DNA of 57,237 bases. Origin: Phoronis australis. Taxonomy: Eukaryota > Animalia > Phoronida. The stretch is from positions 656,636 to 713,872 of the forward strand of contig NMRA01000049.1 in assembly GCA_002633005.1 (NCBI GenBank), given 5' to 3'. A program made the translations under genes and the position numbers. Below are positions 1 to 12,197 of this stretch, piece after piece (the first letter of the stretch is position 1; each line of letters begins with the position of its first letter). The notes below the pieces were generated by a model that was given only the letters and a program-made list of their open reading frames with translations, made no database searches and was not told the origin of the DNA.

Positions 1-340
1 CTCGAAATTTCGAGTTCAAACTCGAACTTATTGCTTTAATATTGGGTTTACAAACTGTGAACTAAGGGCAATAAATTATCTACGTAAGTTATTGTGTACT
101 CGAGCATAGAATAATAGACACTTATCTTGAGTTCGCCCAAAAGTAGAGTAGAAAATGACAAACCTAATTTCGAGTTCCATTTCGAGCAAAAAGATTGGAG
201 ACCGGGCCCTGGCCTTAACCCGGTTTCAATATCAGACACAAGTTGTTACTGAATAGATGCCTCGATGCATAAGTCTGATTAACGACTAAAAAGGCCGAAA
301 ATTACTCATGACTTAATTAAAAAAAAAAAAACCCAGTCGC

Positions 341-521
341 CATTGGCGTAGCCACGGGGGACACAACGGGAGTCGTCGTACCACCTATAGATTGCGAAAA
401 GCCTTCCACGATCGAAATTTATTTAAAATTTCCTTTGCCTACCTCATCCATTGCAAAGTGACCCCAGATTGCCACTCAATTCAGCCCCAGGTCGCCAACA
501 ATTTCGCCTATGACGCCCCTG
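341..521. mobile_element. Degenerate hAT-type MITE
   Basis: Termini CATTGGCGTAG...ATGACGCCCCTG with G/C-tract subtermini; no clean TSD. Confidence 0.35.
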
Positions 522-680
522 GCCATTCTCATAGGACGCATCAAATGAGCTCTCAAAGTTCACTAGAATATCTTGTCCAATTTGCGCGTTGATTACATTT
601 CACTTACATATCTATCTCACTAGTTTAGACAATGATTTCAAAACTAGATCAAGCCAATTCAAGCCCCTTCACTTTTCCAG

Positions 681-792
681 AAATGCACCGAAAGCAGACG
701 GAATGGGAAGACCATTACACGTTCAAGATGTTTTTGTTCCAATCGGTCAACTATTACGGGACCATCTTCTACGTTGCCTTCTTTAAGGGAAG
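681..792 (+). CDS. ANO: Anoctamin exon (TM5)
   Basis: ttttccag acceptor; [38 protein letters not shown]; AG/gttagt donor. Confidence 0.93.
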
Positions 793-3700
793 GTTAGTTG
801 AATATGTTGCCAACAATCGTCACGTTTCCGCTGCTACGATTGCTTGCTCACAACATTTTTGCAGATTGCCGAATCTCTCTCGCAGCTTTAACTTGTTATC
901 CTAATACGCTTCTGGCATAGTTACCAACAACCAAGTAGGGATTGATCCAAAATACAAGTACATGATACACAATTGTGGCAATTCTAATAATTAAAACCGT
1001 TTTTTCCAGTATCTTTATTGGTGAAACCAGAACACAAGAATGACAGCGATCTGGAAAATACGAAAAAATACGTACATGGCAAAAGAGTTAAACGTAAAAG
1101 AGACAACAGGAACATTTTCAAAACAGTGGAATTGTAGATGTAATAGTGTAGATGTAACATACTTAACAGCTTCGTGCAGTTGTAGCACAGGTAGGGCGAA
1201 CAGACAACCTCTAACATGCAGCACCATCTATCGTATAGTTCTGTTTGAAAGGCAAAGAGCTAAAATACATTTTTTAGCAGAATCAGGAGAGTGCATTAAC
1301 AAATTTTCGGAAAGCATGGTTTTCTTTTGAAGGGTGATATTTTTATCATATAACGTATCCTTACGGCGAAATTGACGGATAGGATTTTCGTCTTACTTCC
1401 GACGAACTCATTGTGCCAACTCGAACTTTAGAGCAACTTGACGTTTTGTTGCTTACGTGGGGTGCATTCCGTAGACGCAAGAGCCTCTCGAAAGTAGTAT
1501 CACTCACACGAATGAAAGGCGAATGTTTCGCGGGTGTGCCCGGAGCGTTGCTAGCGTATCCTAGCATAATGGCATCTAATACGGTGACGAGGTTGTGATG
1601 TTTAATTATGAGATAAAATTCATTGTTTCCGATCCATTGGCGATGATATTTCACCGCAAGTACTTCGCGCGTAACCTGGGTCTATGAACCGCTGCCCTGT
1701 TTCTGCACAGTAGGACTTCCTCTGAGGTTTGTAATACCCTATGCTGGTAGTTGCCCTACAGGGCTCTAGACAAGATGCTGAGCTTCCCCTGGACTTGCCT
1801 CGGGTCACACAAAGCTTTGAATGAGCCGAACGATTGAGATAGAAGTGAAGGGGAGGATTGTTTCAGTAACACTCCTAAAGAAGACATTTGAGTTTTCGGT
1901 AGAGAATACTCTTCGAAACAGGTGACGCATCCCTTTAGATTACGTGTATATTCAACCAAACGTATATCTGTAATAAAGACATTCGTTCCATCGTACCAAA
2001 AGCAGCATTCTAAATATTCAGGTGGCTACCAAGCTCTCCCGTTCAAATTCAAGTAATGCATATTTACAAAGGTTAAATAGTTGTTCATTATCACTTGATG
2101 ATGTCTGATTAACAAATTTGAACATGGAAGGGTCTCACAATCTTCAGTTATAGCAGATGTCAACATTCTGGTGAGAGTATGTATTGCATTTAAAAGGAAA
2201 GATGTTACTCTTCCTCAATATTATTGTACTCCGCAATATGTCCTTATCAGGTATTATTTCGAGCACTGTAACACGCGCGTTCAAAAACAAGGTTGATCAC
2301 TTAAACAAAGGAAATAAGCAAAAGAGGTCAAATAGAAGTGGAAAAACCCCATTGGCGCCTTAGCATGTTCGCCTACGAGACACAAACCATTTTCCGTTTC
2401 TACTATTCCCTAGGTTTGTTGGACGTCCTGGTCAATATGAGCGACTGTTCGGCAGCCGACAGGAAGAGTGCAACCCATCCGGATGCATGGTTGACCTCTG
2501 CATCCAGCTGGCCATTGTAATGACAGGGAAACAGGTTCTTAACAGCTTCACTGAGCTCTTTTTTCCGTAAGCATGGACACTGCGTTGGATTCGACGTAAT
2601 CTTTCTTGATATAATGCAGCTCAATTACAATTCGAGTAGAAACATCAATGGAGATATGACTTCGGAAACTCCATTTGTTCTTTAACATCGTCATAATTGA
2701 CCTGTGCTAAAAATCGGGGACCTGTTCCAAGAAACTGACTTTTAAGTCAAATCTTAGACAACTTAAAAGTTGTCTAAGATTTGTCTCAATGTCTAAACTT
2801 TGAAACTCCCACATCCGGTAAAATAGTCAAAATTAAGACAAAACTGAAGTCAAAACCCTAGGTCAAGCTTAAGATCTATTCCTTGAGACAGTGTGTGGAC
2901 AAATTGAAGTTTTATCTTAAAATTGATTGAAATTTAAGAATTGTCTTAGCCAAGTCAGTTTTCTTGGAATGGGCCCGTGAGCATAAATAACTATTTATGA
3001 ACAAGTTTTGGAGTTTTAGATAAAAAGAAACTAAACTGTGAAATTCAAGAAAATTTCACGTACACTTTGCATAACGACTAAGTAAAGTGATTATTCTACA
3101 TTAATTCCAAGCGTCAATCTTGGAATTCGGGGGATTTCATCTGGGGCGCTTCTGTGATTTTTAAAGGCATTGTCTGGCCACCTTTGACTCGTAAATATCC
3201 GGCTACGTCACATGTTACTTGGTAGCGTTGCGTAGACCAAGTTTCCTGTGAGGAAAACAAAATCATGCAAGACCATGCGAAATCACGAGACCTTACCAGC
3301 AAAATTTTGGCTACTGACGTGCTTGATCGGTGAGGTTGGAATGTTTAGTTTAGTGACTGCACACCCACGGTGGCAACACATTAGTTATAAACAATTTTGC
3401 AAGAACACGATGCCCCCTCGAATGCAGTGCTGTGTTCCGAGTCAGCTTCAAGTGATTAACCAAGAGATTATAATAAAACATCTAGATCCCATTGTTAATA
3501 TTTCTTTGTTTTGCATTTAGATGCGAAATCTGTTCTACGTGATGGGACTCTCCACTGTATACACTATCCTTGTATTAACCAGATGATATATTGCCGTTGT
3601 TACAGTGGCAGCAGCTATAGTTCTGGGGCCCGTTCCAAGAAAATTGACTTAGCTAAGACAAATCTTAAATGTATGCCAATTTTAAAATAAAACTTCAATT

Positions 3701-6700
3701 TGTCTTAAGTCCATTCCAAGAAAGTAATCTGAAGTTTGAAGTTTTTGACTCCTGTTTTGTCTTAAGTTTGACTGACTTACCAGATGTGAAGTTTAGATGT
3801 TAACACAAATCTCAGGCTTCAGTCAAAAATCAACTTAAGTCAGTTTCTTGTAACGGGCCCCTGTTCAGTTCCCCCATGCTCCTGTTTTCACCCACTTTCA
3901 TGAGTGATGTATTGCAATGAACACATTTGTGTGTGACATCATAGACTAAATGCATACGATATGTGGTCTCATGCTGGAATAATTCATATAATGTTGTTGA
4001 AGACAAATTGTGAAATTTTATTTACAATTATGAAATTGGTCTCAAGTTAACCTATTTTTAAATTAAAGGTGATTTTGTGGCGCCGGAAGAATTTACGTTT
4101 CATTGTTGCTTGAGACCAGGGGCCTGTTCCAAGAAACTGACTTAAGTTCATTTTTGACTTAAGTTTAAGATTTGTCTTAATTTCCAAACTTTGAAACTTC
4201 CACATTAAGCAAGTAAGTCAAAATTAAGACAAAACTTATGTCAAACACTTAAAACAAACTTAAGATCTCTTTCTTGAATTGGTTTTGAGACAAATTTAAC
4301 TTTTATTTTAAAATTTACAAATACTTAAGATTTGTCTTAGCTAAGTCAGTTTTGTTGGAACGGGCCCCAGGTCCTTTTATTACTCGAATCTTAAAAAATG
4401 AGACAGAGTAATTTCTCATGTTTTGGATACCACCAAAAGTACTCAGAATCTTGAGTGATTTCCGGTTTTCTGTGTTGTAGCTTCAGTTTCGCCCCAGTGA
4501 AATAATAATCGTAATTCCTAGTCATATTGCCCGAATCTTAATGGGGGATAACGGTAGTCATTGCACATGTGAAAACTGCAAAAGTAGTTCTTCCTTACTT
4601 CACCGTTTGATAACATTGTTGTTGCACTGCCACATCATCATGTTTATTCGTGCGTGTGATGAATCACGTTACACAGTTAATCTCTGATATCACCGGATGT
4701 TTACAAGCCGACAACCGTCCCACAATGCATTTGGAAAACGACAGGACTATCGTAATTGAAATCCCCCGATTGGTTTCCACAGTCCCTTAACGCCGCAGCT
4801 TAAGAGATATGTCCTTTATCTTTGCCGTGGGCGAGTGGTAAGCAAGAGATCGATTTTGGCCTTCACTGACTTTTCATGATAGCTAACTAATATTTCAGGT
4901 CTCAGTTCATTTGTCTCCTTAAAGTAAATGAAGATGTCTTTTCTTGAACATCACGCCATGCACTTCTAAAGAGAAATGACAAAACACCAAAGGACACTAT
5001 GTTAAAATCTTGGCTTGCGATAAACAAAAAAGCTATATGTGATTGAAGTTCTGTAAATCAGACCTCAGCATGCTTTCTTTTTGAATTGCCAAAGTTTTCG
5101 TGAGCTACACAGGCGATGTATGTAATATCTGTAACCACCATATTTGCTCATACTATGAAACGTTGATCATGAACTTCTGACTCTGAGCAAATAATCAGAT
5201 TTGTACATATTTCTGTCCAAGAACGGAAGCATCATTGACCCGATGGACATTATATGCTCACGAGAATTGCGAATAACGATTTGTTGACAGGTGGGTGACA
5301 AAAATGTACCACGCCTTCCGCTCCACGCACATCCCCGACACAACGAACAACTATACGCGATGGGAACAAGATTACGACCTTCCAGATCCACCGACGTTCG
5401 GTTTGTTCCAGGAATACCTAGAACTCGGTAAGAGATTGATAACCCATGTATGAAAAACTACTGTGGGACCACTGAGACAGAACATTTTCAACTTCCATTA
5501 ATGTGATGCCATGTAATGCCTTTTGTTGAATATCAAGAATAGATCGTCACATGTCTTTAACAACGATTAGTCAAAGAACCCTTTTGAGACTATTTCTGAG
5601 ATAATTTTTGAAGTTCTGTCTGGAAAATTTGAGGAGAATTAGCATATCAAAGAAATGCTGTTTTGGGCCCCGATTCTGAGGAGTACATTTTAAAACAGTC
5701 AAATGCCGATGAATCTGGCGAATGTCTTGAAACCGCGGAGCACGCAGACTTAGAAAGCACAGATCTACGAAACGAAACCTAGAAAACGCAAAACTAAAAA
5801 ACGAAAACCTAGGAAACGCAGACCTACAAACTGCCGACATATTAATCGGATTTGACAGACGGCACGTTTCAAAGTCTTCGGAGCTTGGACCTTCCGCGGA
5901 CCCTGAGCTGTACGAGCATTTGGTAAGTACTTTCACCTGGCAATTTACTTTTTCATGTATGGCTCAATAAAATATTTCTAATTCATTATTTCAACAATTC
6001 CCACGTTAAAATCTGCGCATTTTCTGTAACCCCCCCTGAAGTTTGAAATGATGAAACTGTAACATATGTTGGGCAACAGAAGGCACTGCAAACAACAGCA
6101 TTTTAGCCAATCACAAAGTGAGAAACCCTTTTCAGGTACCCGCGGTAGATTAGTGCAAAGCATTTGTTTAAGAACAGATGGCTTGCGCTAAAGTTCGTTT
6201 TGTGCTAGTTTTAACGAAAAATGAAACACGTTGAAGTGTATTTTAAGTTGTATGCTATCAGTTTGACTACAATTGCATTGTTTTTGAACTCAGTGAGTTA
6301 TTAAAATGATTAACACGGGTGTACCGACGCAATCTGCAGCACGCCCAACCATTTCAATACACATAATTTATAAAATCATACTCCCAACGCGATAGATACC
6401 CGAGGCAATTTTTTTATTAATAGTGACGCATTGTACACGAACCCCAAGTTTCAACTTTTTGTCATTTTCACCTAATTCGTTGGCTAATTACACGAAAATG
6501 TGCAGCTTCAAACGAAACGTGGGAACTTTTTACATTTGTAAAGCATACTATAAATGAGGTAGAAAATTTTAAAAATAAATTACCTGGTGAAAGTACTCAC
6601 AAAACCTTTTTTAAGATTCATACAACTCAGGACCCACTGACTACTGGTAAGTTTCAATAAGTCAATAGTTGTGACTTGGGGTGCTGCAACGACATGCTAA

Positions 6701-9700
6701 ATAGGTGCATGCAGTACAAGATAACAAATCGCCAAATAAAACCAAAGAATGATTCATCATACTTTTGTAGCTCATTCCCAGACCATCGATTTCGACAGTC
6801 GTTTAAATCAGACATGAGCAGCGATTCCCACACACGTAATTCTGCGTCGCATTCGTCATCGTTGTACATTACAGCTCCCCTAAATATGTATTTTTGCTCT
6901 TGAAAAATCTTTGATGAGTTATGGAAAGTGTTCAAATTTGAAAGTGTTTTTGCGCAAAACTCTAAGCACACGCACACTCGCCGGCCTCACAAAAGTTTTA
7001 ACGTACCAAGTTACCTAGGCGAAAAACAAGCTTTCAGCTCGTCTGCTTTTCTTTGTCTTCAGCAAATGCCGGTGTTCACATTTTACTTGAAGCTAAGGTC
7101 GCCCATTTTGTGATGAAAAGAGACTCAGTGTCCCCCCTGGGCTCAGCCACTCCCTGAAGTCAGCCACCACCTTGACTCAATGTCGGCATGCATGCATTAA
7201 ATGCGCGCACCCAGGGGGGGGGGGGCTCGGGGGGCTCGAACGAGCCCCCCATTTGGCGAAGTGGACAAAGAAGTCCGCCCCTGAGAGACAAAATATCCGA
7301 GGAAGTGGGACAAAAGTCTAAATAAGCGCCAACGCGGAATTCCCAGTGGTGATCCAGTTTTTTTTCTTTTTTTTAGTCCGCCCGCTCTTTTGTTAGCACA
7401 AGGTCCCTAACGTCTGGAATTCGAGCCCCCTCATTTTGAACGCTAGGTTTGCATGCATTTGAGTGGAGCATTAGTGCAACTCGACGAATAAGAGACTAGT
7501 ATGTCAGCGTTCAGATACTTGAAAGCAGGCTACTGAGCCCGACGGAGTCTCTCTTTTGCTCCACTTTGGGAGCATGAATTCTGGTGGTAAAAATAGCATT
7601 GGGGACGATTTTACGTGCCGTGGTAATGCCAACAAAGCTTCAAACTTCCAGGTGAATTAGTTAATATTTTATATTGCAATATACTGTGGTCTTACATGTG
7701 CAGAATGACAACGTAGTTGCTTCATTTTTAAGACGTGAAGTTTGGGTTCGCTATTGATGATCGTTACCCCCGAGAGATAGATTTGAGCTGGCCAATTCAA
7801 ATAGCGGGAGGACTTGTATATATTTGTAACTGATTAATTATAGTGATTCAGTTTGGATTCGTCACCCTGTTTGTGGCAGCTTTTCCTTTGGCGCCATTAT
7901 TCGCACTTTTGAACAACGTCATCGAACTCAGACTCGACGCCTACAAGTTCGTCTGCGTTTGGAAACGTCCTATGGCTTCCAGGGCACAAGACATTGGTAA
8001 AGTTTGAATTCATTGCTTGAAAATTATGTAGATGCTAAAAAGTAGAACTTTTGGAGCGTATGTATTGATTAAAATAGTGCCGTTCTCGTAACCAAGTTAC
8101 TTTTCAGAGGTTGTTAGCGCTAACAGCTGGTAAGATCTTTAGCTCAGTGAGGACAGCGTGGCACGTGACCAATCAATCAACGCCTGCTCGTTGTAGTGCC
8201 GCTTCGCAATTTGGAACCAGACGACGAGGAAAACGACGATGAAATGTCCGAACGAACTGTGATATCATCGTCACAGGTCACCTCAGCAGACGATGACTCC
8301 ACTCCGAGCGAGCCTCCGGTTAGGGAGAGGGTCTCTACAAAGTTTTCTGCTAGAACTCAATATTCTGATTATAATGACGACATACAAGAACACCAGCAGA
8401 GTCTTATAGGTGAACATTCGGCCCTGCCATGGAAATGTTATATTCAGTATGCTGTATTCAGGTGTACGCTCCGCCTACAACATCGTCACATTTTTGGGGT
8501 CTGAAAATCAGCATATTGACTTTAACGCTTACGGCGTTTCAATGTTGCACTATTAGTTATGCTTGGATGTTGGCAGAAAGACATTTTGCAAGCTTAACAA
8601 GTATCAGCGAATCTCTTTTCGACTGTCCAACTTATATCCTATCGTAATAATGTAATTAGTTTCCTTAAATGAGCGATAGGGGAGAGTTCATTTCCGGATG
8701 GCGATATTCACGATTTTTATACCCTTTAACTTGAAGTGAATGCATATTTCAGATTTGAAAACTCAACTGTCACTGCATGTTTCTGCACGCGCCTATGTTT
8801 TAAGTTGTATTACTATTTGTTATTAACTGTGAGTGCACCGCTTAACAGCTTCCGTCGTTCACCCGATGTTGCTGAGAAATCGTCGACTGAAACGCCTCCG
8901 AGAAGCGAATACAATGGTTGGTGTAGACAGACCAAACAATGAAGTCTCTATGTCCGTTTGTGCAAGTAACATTAGACGACTAATTTTTCAGGAATATGGT
9001 TCATGATCACCGAAAAAGTTGCACAAGTAGCAACCCTGTCAAACGTAAGCTGATCTCCATAGTACTGTCTACGTTTTGTCCTGCACCATGCGAATAGCGT
9101 CCGTCTGTTTGTCAAACAAAGTTGTTGAGGGCAAATCTCAAGAAACTTTGGATTTTAATCATATTTAGTACTGGAAAGTAGGTGGGCAACTCCAGGCGCT
9201 AGTCGATTTTGGCGACGTTGACATCATTTTCAAGATCACAGCGGTCAAAATGAAGTTTTGACATTCAAGTTTTGACATCATATGTCAAAACACTTTTAGA
9301 TTTTGCTCATATTTAGTACAAAGGGCTACTCCAGGTGTCACTAGTTTTTGGTGAACTGAGTCCCATTTTCAAGGTCACAGCGACAAAATCAAAATGTGAC
9401 TTGGGAAAATGATGCTTACGGCATATCTTACAAAAAAAACCCACAAACTATGAACCAGTTGTGCTTTCTAATCTTAAATTTGTAAACACTGGCTGTCCAA
9501 ACCAAATTTTAGTGGATGCGAAAGAGGACGAATGAAGAATTTAATCAGAGTGCAGGATCAGGAGGTTTGAATTGCGGGCGCAAAGCCAACGGCTGAAATT
9601 ACGCTACCTGTGGAAAACCTTGCTTCACTGAGGAAAATGTTGTTGGCGCGAAATCAAAAGGAGGATGCTTTAGATTGTGCTCATATTTTCTAGGAATAGA

Positions 9701-12152
9701 TGGAGAAACTCCAGAAGAGAAAATGTCGAATAATTCCAAGTTCAATTTCCAGTACAAAGTTTGGATCGGTCTCAAGCAATAACCAATGGTCTGTTCTTTC
9801 CAAGTCTAGAACAAGTTTTTATCTAACACATGAAATAAAAAAGCAAGTTATTTGGCAGAGGGCTGGCTCGTTTTACTTTGAAGCTGCGTTTCAACTCGTT
9901 CGGCTGTCTAAATACGAAAATGTCAATTCGGCTTTTCAATCTCATGAAATCGGTCTCCATATTTTACCGTGATAGAATTCTATTTCCGTTACCAGCAAGA
10001 ACACTGAAACGCTTGAGAGTTTATTTGGTTTGCCAACCCTAAAATGGAGAATTGCCTTTGGTTTAAGTTCAACGGAAAAAGAGCCCTGTCATGGTAACAA
10101 ATGTTACGAGACCAATTTTACGGTATAAATTGAGACCAAACACCATGAGATTTTAGTTTTTCAATAGCTAAACAGGGCAAAATGCGGTTCTAGTTTACTG
10201 AGTTCAGTGGCATACCTTTCTGTCCGTAGGCATTTATCATCGCCTTCACGTCCGACTTCGTTCAGAAATTGGTTTACATCAATTTTGTAAGCAACAACTA
10301 CAGTCTGGAGGGATATGTCAACTGGACTCTGTCAACGTTTAACACGTCGGACTTCGAGGCCAACACACTTCCGCAAGAGAGTCGCTTCAACGTTACCACT
10401 TGCCGGTACGATTTTTTTTTCTCGGAGTACGCGCCGTGTGATATCGAGAACCAAGAAGTGGGAAAAATAGTTTGACGAATTACACTTATTTCGATGTAGA
10501 TTTACTCGCAGTAGCTATAAAAGATAGTGATACTAAATGTATGGATGAAGTTGCTATGTCTAGTGATGGAGATAATGTCTACCGTTAGAGACAGCAACGC
10601 CACCGGTAGACAGATAATAACTCTATCGATAGCGTTATTTAGCACTGGAGAAAAAATGGCACGTTGACCTTCTATAGGTACCAGATGCATTTGCTGTACA
10701 GCCTAAGCTTTCATCCGACACAATATGGCTGCACAGGATTGACTACCCTGGTTCAGTCGAGTCAACCTGCTAAAACATTTGGACCCGGGGTCTAACTTTT
10801 TTACTCGAAAATACTTTTAACGTTTTCTGTTCTTCCTGTCTACGAACTCAAGATAATTTTCCATTATTCTGTGCTCGAGTACATTATGTTCTTTTCAGAC
10901 GAGTGTCTGGCTCACATGTGAGTGACCCGGCCTTGATTCGAGCTACAAACTCGAGTAGAAACCTGATAGTTCGACTTCAGACTCGAACTAATAGCTCTAA
11001 TGCTGGTGTTATCAAGTGTAAAAGGGATAACACAATTATCCTAGTGAACTTTTGACATGGCCGCGCCATACTGAAATGCACTATCCCGCCAGACGGAGAT
11101 CAGATCTTTGGCGGCCAAACGTTCAGCGCCACCTACAAATCCCATGTAATACGGACGACTTTTAAGCTACTGATACAAACAGCGCTTTGATACCTTTCTT
11201 GCAATCGTAATGGGGACAAATTTCTACTGCTGTGCTGTGGGTGAAATAATGAATCGCAGAAAAAGGCAAACCTCTTGAAATATCCATGGATGAAGGACAT
11301 CATGTCCCATATAATTCCCACTGACCGCGAAGAAGATTACGCGCCCTGCGAAGTCAGAGCTGCGACTAATAAAGCCGGAAAATTTCGATCCCAGCCGACG
11401 TTAACGAGCTAAAATAAACCAGTGAGCTTAACGTGATTAAAATGGGAGGAACTTACAGTGGGACTTATTCCTCCGTTCTTATAGCGTTCTAAGTTAATTG
11501 TTTTAACAATAAACAGATATTTTAATATCTGTTTATTGTTACTCGGTGCCCACCCAGCCATATAACGATGTATGTTTTACATGATTTAAAAAATAAAAGT
11601 TTTCTTCTCTCTAGATTAATGAACCACTATACAGTAATTGAATTTCTGTCCGCCAAACCCGAGTCGGATTAATCGGAAGTCACTTTCGTGCTCTCATTAC
11701 TCTAGAGAGCGCCAACAAGAAAAATCCGCAACCATTTTTATGTCTGATCTGCACGCCACCTGTTGGCCACATCACGTGACCTAATGAATAAGCTTATTAG
11801 TGCTATATGTATTTCTATTAAAATTGAAATATTCATATACAGCACAGAATTATAGACAAGTATAACGGAAAATGTTAAAATCATTTTCGATTTCTAGCCG
11901 AAAGTCGTCGAGAATCATTAGATGTCTTAGTCGGTTGAACCGGCTGAACCGGTAGAGTACGTCACGAAGTGCATCCATTTTGTTCATGTTCATATTCGTT
12001 GGTTGGACAACTTGAATTCACTCAAGACTTAGGGTGCGAATATGTTGAGAATATTAAAAGCTGGATTGATCACACAAAAACACGTAAGTTGGCGATTTCA
12101 GTTGCACACACTGACAACATAACATCTACTGAAAGTGATTTAACGTCCTCGT

Positions 12153-12197
<45 letters not shown>

